NCBI GenBank assembly: GCA_030612945.1
Contig: JAUWMY010000001.1
Span: forward strand, 1-35,602
Source: Desulfobacteraceae bacterium
GTDB lineage: Bacteria; Desulfobacterota; DSM-4660; Desulfatiglandales; Desulfatiglandaceae
Direction: 5' to 3'
DNA: 35,602 bases
Shown here piece by piece: positions 33,305 to 35,602 of the stretch. A program made the translations under genes and the position numbers. The notes beneath the pieces were generated by a model that had not been told where the DNA came from, made no database searches, and saw only the letters and a list, made by a program, of their open reading frames with translations. Position 1 is the stretch's first letter. Every line of letters begins with the position of its first letter.

Positions 33305-34828
33305 CTATCCGGCGGGAAGTCTGATGACAAAGGTCGTTCCTTCTCCAGGCATGCTTACAGCCCATATATCACCCTTGTGTGCGGCAACAATCTTGTAGGA
33401 TATTGATAGACCAAGGCCAGACCCTCGTTCCCGGGTCGTGTAAAATGGTTCGAAGATGCGAAGCAGGTCTTCGTCACTGATACCGATACCTTCGTCAGTT
33501 ATGCGAATTTCTACACCATTATGCCATTCCTGAGTGTTAATGGTGATTGTTCCACCATCTTCCATGGCTTCGATCCCATTGGCGATTATGTTCATGAAGA
33601 CCTGTTTCAATTTATCAGGATCACAATTAATCTCCTTTAGATTTGGGTGTAAGCCTGCTGTAAGTTCATGCTTCTCGGAAGAATAAATTTCACCCATGAT
33701 TTTCAAGACATCCCGGATTACCGAATTGATGTCTGCCAGTCTCTTCACAAGCTTGTACTCTTTGGTAAAATCACTAATATTGGCAACAAGTTTTTCAAGC
33801 CGGCTTACCTCGTCAAGAATCATATCCAACTTTCGTCTCGCCTTGTAGTCTGTCAGGCTCTCTCTTATCTGGTTAGAAAAACCGCCAATAATCATGAGCG
33901 GATTTCTGATTTCGTGAGCCACGTGAGCCACAGTCTGGCCCACTGCGGCGAGACGCTCTGATTGCAAGACCTTTCTTTCCAATTGTTTTTGCATGGAGAC
34001 ATCCCTGATGATGGCCGTGAATGTGATGCCATCTTTCATTTGATGATGGGACAGTCCAAGTTCTATTGGAAATTCTTCACCGTTTTTTCTCAGGGCTGTA
34101 AGTGACAGGGTCCTTCCAATGGCCTTTGGCGTTCTTGTGTCTAAAAATCTTTTCACAAATCTGTGGTGGTCACCATATTGGGAGGGAATCAGAATATTAA
34201 GGTCTTTGCCTATCACCTCGCCCCTGGAATATCCGAATATTTGTTGGGCCGCATTGTTAAAAAGAATGATTTTCTGACCTTCATCAATGCTTAGAATCGC
34301 ATCGGTTGCTGTATCAAGTATAGCCTTAAACTTTTTCTCAGAGGCCTTAAGTTTCCTGATCAGATTTTGATACTCTGTGACATCCCAGGTTATTTCCACG
34401 AAGCATGTAGGCGCCTTTCCTTCCGGAGATAAGGGGTACATGATGTGGATCAGTTCTTCTAACTCACCTCCTTTGGACTCACGATAATGGGTAACCTCCA
34501 CCCTCTGGCCTGTTTTTTTCGCCTTTTCAAGAGGACATATTTGTCCCCCGAAATCACAGGGGACATCCGATTGGTATGCTATTTTATGGCATTTTTTGCC
34601 AAGCACATCTTCTTTTTTTAAACCATGGCGCTTGAGAAAAACCTTGTTCACATCCTGGATAATGAAATTTTGATCGATGACCAGGATTTCTTCGCTGATT
34701 CCGTCAAAAAGGGTCTCCAGAAAGAGATTGCTCTCTTTCAGTTTCACTATTTCCTGCTCGCCTTGAGCCAAACTGTCTTTTAGCCTGACAATCTCTTGCT
34801 TGAGATCCTTTATTCTTTCCGTCACCAT
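33305..34828 (-). CDS. PAS-domain sensor histidine kinase (507 aa from the ATG at 34828), host gene
   Basis: H-box HVAHEIRNPL, N-box NIIANGIEAM, G1 DEGIGI and G2 GSGLGLS. Two PAS-like regions and an N-terminal coiled coil. GGGAGG lies 6 nt before the second ATG. Confidence 0.88.
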   Translation of the reverse strand: MVTERIKDLKQEIVRLKDSLAQGEQEIVKLKESNLFLETLFDGISEEILVIDQNFIIQDVNKVFLKRHGLKKEDVLGKKCHKIAYQSDVPCDFGGQICPLEKAKKTGQRVEVTHYRESKGGELEELIHIMYPLSPEGKAPTCFVEITWDVTEYQNLIRKLKASEKKFKAILDTATDAILSIDEGQKIILFNNAAQQIFGYSRGEVIGKDLNILIPSQYGDHHRFVKRFLDTRTPKAIGRTLSLTALRKNGEEFPIELGLSHHQMKDGITFTAIIRDVSMQKQLERKVLQSERLAAVGQTVAHVAHEIRNPLMIIGGFSNQIRESLTDYKARRKLDMILDEVSRLEKLVANISDFTKEYKLVKRLADINSVIRDVLKIMGEIYSSEKHELTAGLHPNLKEINCDPDKLKQVFMNIIANGIEAMEDGGTITINTQEWHNGVEIRITDEGIGISDEDLLRIFEPFYTTRERGSGLGLSISYKIVAAHKGDIWAVSMPGEGTTFVIRLPAG

Positions 34829-34830
34829 GA

Positions 34831-35427
34831 TCATCCTCCCACCCCTGGACAATAAAAGACATATTCCAGGGAAAGAATATCAAACATTTCATCTGTTCCT
34901 GTCCTTATTGCCAGGTAGAGCTCTTTCATTGTGCAGGCACTTGTCAGTGAAGACCGGTATTCGAATTCATTGTAAAACTGAGATTCAACGGGGAGTAAAA
35001 CCTGGTCGAGAGGACCGTACCAGTGGATATTGAGCTCCGTTTTCATTGCGAAAACCTTATTGTACATTGCCTTTAGGAGGTCAGTCCTCAAAACGGAATT
35101 GACCTGGTTAATCAAACAGTCCATGAGTCCAGCGAGATAATAGATTTCCCTCATTCTATACTCATTGTCCAGGGAGGCGTACATGGCACGTATTGTATAG
35201 GACATGCCTCCCTTTAGGGAAAAGTGTGAGGGGATGTGCCACACGCCCTTCCCCCCTTTTTTGCAGATCTCGTCACGATGGCATTCCAGCCTGGCAGACT
35301 GAGATCTTAACATTTGGATAAAATGGCGGCCCTCCGAGTCTGCCCTCTGGAACTCCCATGGGCTTAAACAAATCAGGTTATCCGGCGGTTTTTGGAATTT
35401 CTCCTGCAGGTTTATAACCTTTCCCAT
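34831..35427 (-). CDS. hypothetical host protein (198 aa), translationally adjacent to the kinase
   Basis: Its stop TGA lies 2 nt before the kinase ATG. No recognisable motif. Confidence 0.55.
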   Translation of the reverse strand: MGKVINLQEKFQKPPDNLICLSPWEFQRADSEGRHFIQMLRSQSARLECHRDEICKKGGKGVWHIPSHFSLKGGMSYTIRAMYASLDNEYRMREIYYLAGLMDCLINQVNSVLRTDLLKAMYNKVFAMKTELNIHWYGPLDQVLLPVESQFYNEFEYRSSLTSACTMKELYLAIRTGTDEMFDILSLEYVFYCPGVGG

Positions 35428-35602
35428 CAATGTCCCTTATGTAATCATTCAACCTTTAATATAGCCGCAAAAAGGCGCAAAATACACAAAAAACAGAATT
35501 TTCATATTGTAATGTCAATTAGTTATGAGCCTCATAAATATAGATTTTGACTTTTAATGAAACTATCAGCCTTCAGCAATAGTCAAGAATTCCTAATCAA
35601 TC

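Noticed and set aside
35570-35590. A single CAATAGTCAA near the right window edge as a host copy of the AATAGTC array
   Set aside because: It is one unit only, with no tandem repetition or core. This is insufficient to call it an element, though it is worth remembering when the whole genome is searched.

Overview
About 33 kb of this 35.6-kb window (base 1 to roughly 32.8-33.0 kb) is a Mu-like transposable prophage, and the left edge cuts through a tail-fibre gene. Apart from the lysogeny module, all phage genes lie on the minus strand, so the phage map reads right to left. The order is: XRE-type repressor and divergent Ner-like gene; MuA-like DDE transposase; a 2-gene insert including an ASCH protein; a MerR-like gene; MuB-like AAA+ ATPase; a semi-essential early region with Gam-like and GemA-like genes and several small zinc-ribbon proteins; a BRO-N/HTH protein; a terminator and AT-rich late leader; a lysis cassette with an M15 endolysin; small and large terminase; the Mu gp29, F, G, I/Z and T head module; DUF1320 adaptor; a siphovirus-type tail (major tail candidate, G/GT chaperone with a -1 frameshift, tape measure, distal tail and tip proteins, fibre). 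The right ~2.6 kb is host DNA: an initiator tRNA-fMet with its own promoter and terminator, a PAS histidine kinase and a hypothetical gene. The feature I cannot explain with standard categories is a modular system of short tandem repeats (7-9 nt units, at least 8 sequence families), often combined with a conserved 12-bp inverted-repeat core. It punctuates roughly half of the phage gene junctions, begins flush with stop codons, donates stop codons, ends in conserved RBS/start modules, and in a few genes (including the transposase) sits in frame inside the ORF. Other points worth a second look: an in-frame TGA replacing the second Cys of the CxC motif of the Mu F-like head protein, a Cys-rich frameshift extension of the tail chaperone, a cassette bracketed by 36-bp direct repeats between the A and B genes, and a repressor-linked membrane/zinc-ribbon moron. 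Family assignments come from recollected motifs and synteny only, since no searches were possible. Hand-counted coordinates may be off by 1-2 nt.
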